From the NCBI GenBank assembly GCA_003153295.1, contig PLXY01000006.1, positions 219,829 to 283,828 of the forward strand: a DNA stretch of 64,000 nt. The letters are read 5' to 3'. The notes beneath the pieces were generated by a model. That model made no database searches. It was not told the origin of the DNA and was given only the letters and a program-made list of their open reading frames with translations. Shown piece after piece: positions 61,829 through 64,000 of the stretch. Numbering within the stretch: the first letter of the stretch is position 1; each line of letters opens with the position of its first letter. A program made the position numbers and the translations under genes. The stretch comes from Parachlamydiales bacterium. GTDB lineage: Bacteria > Chlamydiota > Chlamydiia > Chlamydiales > Rhabdochlamydiaceae.

Positions 61829-64000
61829 TCATTCTTTTAATCCTAAGATATGCCTATTAACCCAATCTGCTAAATCCTCTGCTACACCTCTACTGATTTC
61901 GTCATGATCAGGAAGCGAGAAGGTTATTTTGGTATTGGGATGTCCTAGTATAATATGGCTGCCATCGGCTGTTCGTATGACATAGACTCCCATCTTTTTA
62001 AGTCTTGTCCGAATAATGCGGGTTTTTTCTCCACGCCTAATTTTAAACTTATCAAGCTCACTTAACATCTGGAGCGTTTCAATGCTCTCTTTGCTTTCAT
62101 TGAGTTGGATCGGAGGGATGACTGCTGTTTTATTTTCTTCGAGAGATAGATCTATGGATACTAAGAGCGATAAAATATCTTCTACCTTTTCTGGAGCTGG
62201 TTGTATCGGCTCGGTTTTTTGTTGTTGAATACGAGCATCGATTAAGTTTTCTAATTGTGACAGTTGAAGGAATTGAGCTAACTCTTGAGGAAGAAGATGC
62301 AACCCTTTTTCCCAGGCTTGAGAGCCTTCGATCGGTGCAAGCAGTACAACATGAATATCTCTTAAAAGCATGAATAAGTCGAGATAAGGCTTGAATCGGA
62401 AAAGACACAGGGCTTTGAGGATAGGCATCATGTCTTCTTTTTTTTCTGAAAGCATTGAAGCATCCACACTTTTAAGGGCGTTTTCAAAACGCTGAAGAAT
62501 GATTTTCTGTCCTTTTTCAAACGCAGGTAATGCTTTTGTTGCAGCAAAGATGACCGCTTCTTTGAAAGGATAAAGAGATTCCGTTAATGGAATTGAAATC
62601 AAGTTCAAGGGTCCTTTTATCATGGATAATATCTCAACCAGGAGTTGGCAAATATTAGAAGGAGGCAAATGGCGCCGAATTTGTTGATCAAATTCTCGAT
62701 GTATTTTTGTCAGATCCGAGAAAAAACCATTCATAAGCGTATGTAAGGCTCCTTGCGCAAACGGCTCTAGATGAAGTGAAAAAGATGAACGGTCTTCTTT
62801 GACAACAAAGACTTTTTTAAAATTTTCATCAATACGGTTAAGTAATTCTTCAAAGCTACAAAATTGTGGTAGTAAATTTTTACAGATGCCGCCTTCAAAA
62901 AGTCGAAGGATATCTGGGAGTTCTTTTGCTCCTACATTGCAACAGGAGGCTGCATCAGTCACCCAATCCGCCACCGGCATGGATATTTGAGATGGATCAA
63001 ATTTTGTCCCTAAAACTTCTTCACATGTTTTCCAGGTGAGCATTCTAGTAGGAATTTGAAAACATAAACTTAGAATTTTCCAATGAAAATTAAACAATTC
63101 AATCGAAAGCTTTTGGATCTGTCGCCGATATTCTTGGGCTGATTCAGCATTAATCTTATCTTCCGGCGGCGAGGGAGGAATAGAAAGAACAGAACTATGA
63201 ATAGTAGAAACCCATCGTCTTAAATTGACTTCGGTCCAAGCCGTACTGACCATCCTAATGTAGGTGTTGACTTGTTTGATATCTTCAATGGGATTTCGAT
63301 GAATCGGTGACTTTGGTAAGCAAGCTCCTAATTCATAGCGGAAAAAATACTGCTGGTAATAAGGATCTCCCCATATTTCGATGCCGATATCCAATGCCCG
63401 GAGGATATACGTATATTTTTCTTCCGCCTCCGTTTTTTTAGGTGGCGCTTGATTTTTTCGATGGTTTTTTTTATGACGCACCGCTTGTATTGCAGAGACT
63501 TCCTGCGTCTGTAAAAGGGCAAGTTCTTCGCGTAAATCTCGTATTTTTGGTAAGTTGAAACTAAATCGAGATACCCAATAAGCCAGTGAATTATCAATCA
63601 AAAAGAATTTCATCTTCAGGTGCCGCTGTTCATAAATGACAGAAAATAGGAGAACAATAGCTGCTAGATCTCGTTTAATTTTCTGTAGACCTGCAAGAGA
63701 TTTGTTTGGATTTGCAATGGCAATCAGCTCTTCAAGCTTGTTGAAGATATCTACACTCCATAACTGATAGAGTACCATCTTATCATCCAAACACCATGAA
63801 TGCCGGATTTCTTTAAAATATTCCATACAGTGAGGTGGCAAAACCTGTTCCGGAGGCACCACAGGCCAATCGCCAAAAAATGTTTGGGATATATACGTTC
63901 TAACTTTGCTCTCTTCTTCTGGAGATTTAGTAGATTTCAATAAATAATCGAGCACAATTTTTTCAATACGGGAACATTCTGCTTCGAGACGTGCATACTG
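61829..64000 (-). CDS. large hypothetical protein with a C-terminal HicA/YcfA-like domain (5' end probably beyond the window)
   Basis: The C-terminus LKKMGVYVIRTADGSHIILGHPNTKITFSLPDHDEISRGVAEDLADWV matches the HicA layout (k.G...r..GSH....hp....t.P.H..l..G). The track start at 63955 is a GTG, and the frame stays open to base 64000. Confidence 0.6.
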   Translation of the reverse strand, partial: QYARLEAECSRIEKIVLDYLLKSTKSPEEESKVRTYISQTFFGDWPVVPPEQVLPPHCMEYFKEIRHSWCLDDKMVLYQLWSVDIFNKLEELIAIANPNKSLAGLQKIKRDLAAIVLLFSVIYEQRHLKMKFFLIDNSLAYWVSRFSFNLPKIRDLREELALLQTQEVSAIQAVRHKKNHRKNQAPPKKTEAEEKYTYILRALDIGIEIWGDPYYQQYFFRYELGACLPKSPIHRNPIEDIKQVNTYIRMVSTAWTEVNLRRWVSTIHSSVLSIPPSPPEDKINAESAQEYRRQIQKLSIELFNFHWKILSLCFQIPTRMLTWKTCEEVLGTKFDPSQISMPVADWVTDAASCCNVGAKELPDILRLFEGGICKNLLPQFCSFEELLNRIDENFKKVFVVKEDRSSFSLHLEPFAQGALHTLMNGFFSDLTKIHREFDQQIRRHLPPSNICQLLVEILSMIKGPLNLISIPLTESLYPFKEAVIFAATKALPAFEKGQKIILQRFENALKSVDASMLSEKKEDMMPILKALCLFRFKPYLDLFMLLRDIHVVLLAPIEGSQAWEKGLHLLPQELAQFLQLSQLENLIDARIQQQKTEPIQPAPEKVEDILSLLVSIDLSLEENKTAVIPPIQLNESKESIETLQMLSELDKFKIRRGEKTRIIRTRLKKMGVYVIRTADGSHIILGHPNTKITFSLPDHDEISRGVAEDLADWVNRHILGLKE

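Overview
The window looks like a chromosomal segment from a Chlamydiae-type organism of the environmental (Parachlamydiales-like) group. This placement is inferred from three things: the RpoB N-terminus ([31 protein letters not shown]), a Pmp-like autotransporter, and eukaryote-like F-box/LRR/ANK and Inc-like membrane proteins.

The right third (about 48.1-61.6 kb) is an ordinary conserved housekeeping block: sufE, infA, tRNA-Thr, tuf, tRNA-Trp, secE, nusG, rplK, rplA, rplJ, rplL, rpoB, rpoC, with an rplL-rpoB attenuator hairpin and a strong terminator after rpoC.

The left two thirds are accessory-like:
- Alkylation repair genes (tag, ada).
- Two paralogous MerR/TipA regulators with conserved 19-20 bp-spacer promoters.
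- An aminoglycoside-modification-like cluster, including an APH-GNAT fusion.
- Three AAA+ ATPases with C-terminal PD-(D/E)xK-like motifs, each preceded by an array of palindromes.
- Several decayed gene fragments: a frameshifted ClbS, a GNAT 5' stub and an SDR 3' stub.
- A composite genomic island anchored at a tRNA(CAU) gene (37752-37824). It is bounded by a 51-nt near-perfect copy and an older, roughly 86 percent copy of the tRNA 3' end.

The tRNA-proximal, visibly AT-rich part of the island carries the best candidate for a novel system. It is a tightly packed three-gene operon: an AbiEi antitoxin, an AbiEii nucleotidyltransferase with an unexplained C-terminal extension of about 150 aa, and a 253-aa protein with an Rx5H (HEPN/AbiU2-like) motif.

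I recognised no rRNA, CRISPR array, integrase or transposase. All family assignments come from reading motifs by eye; no database search was run.
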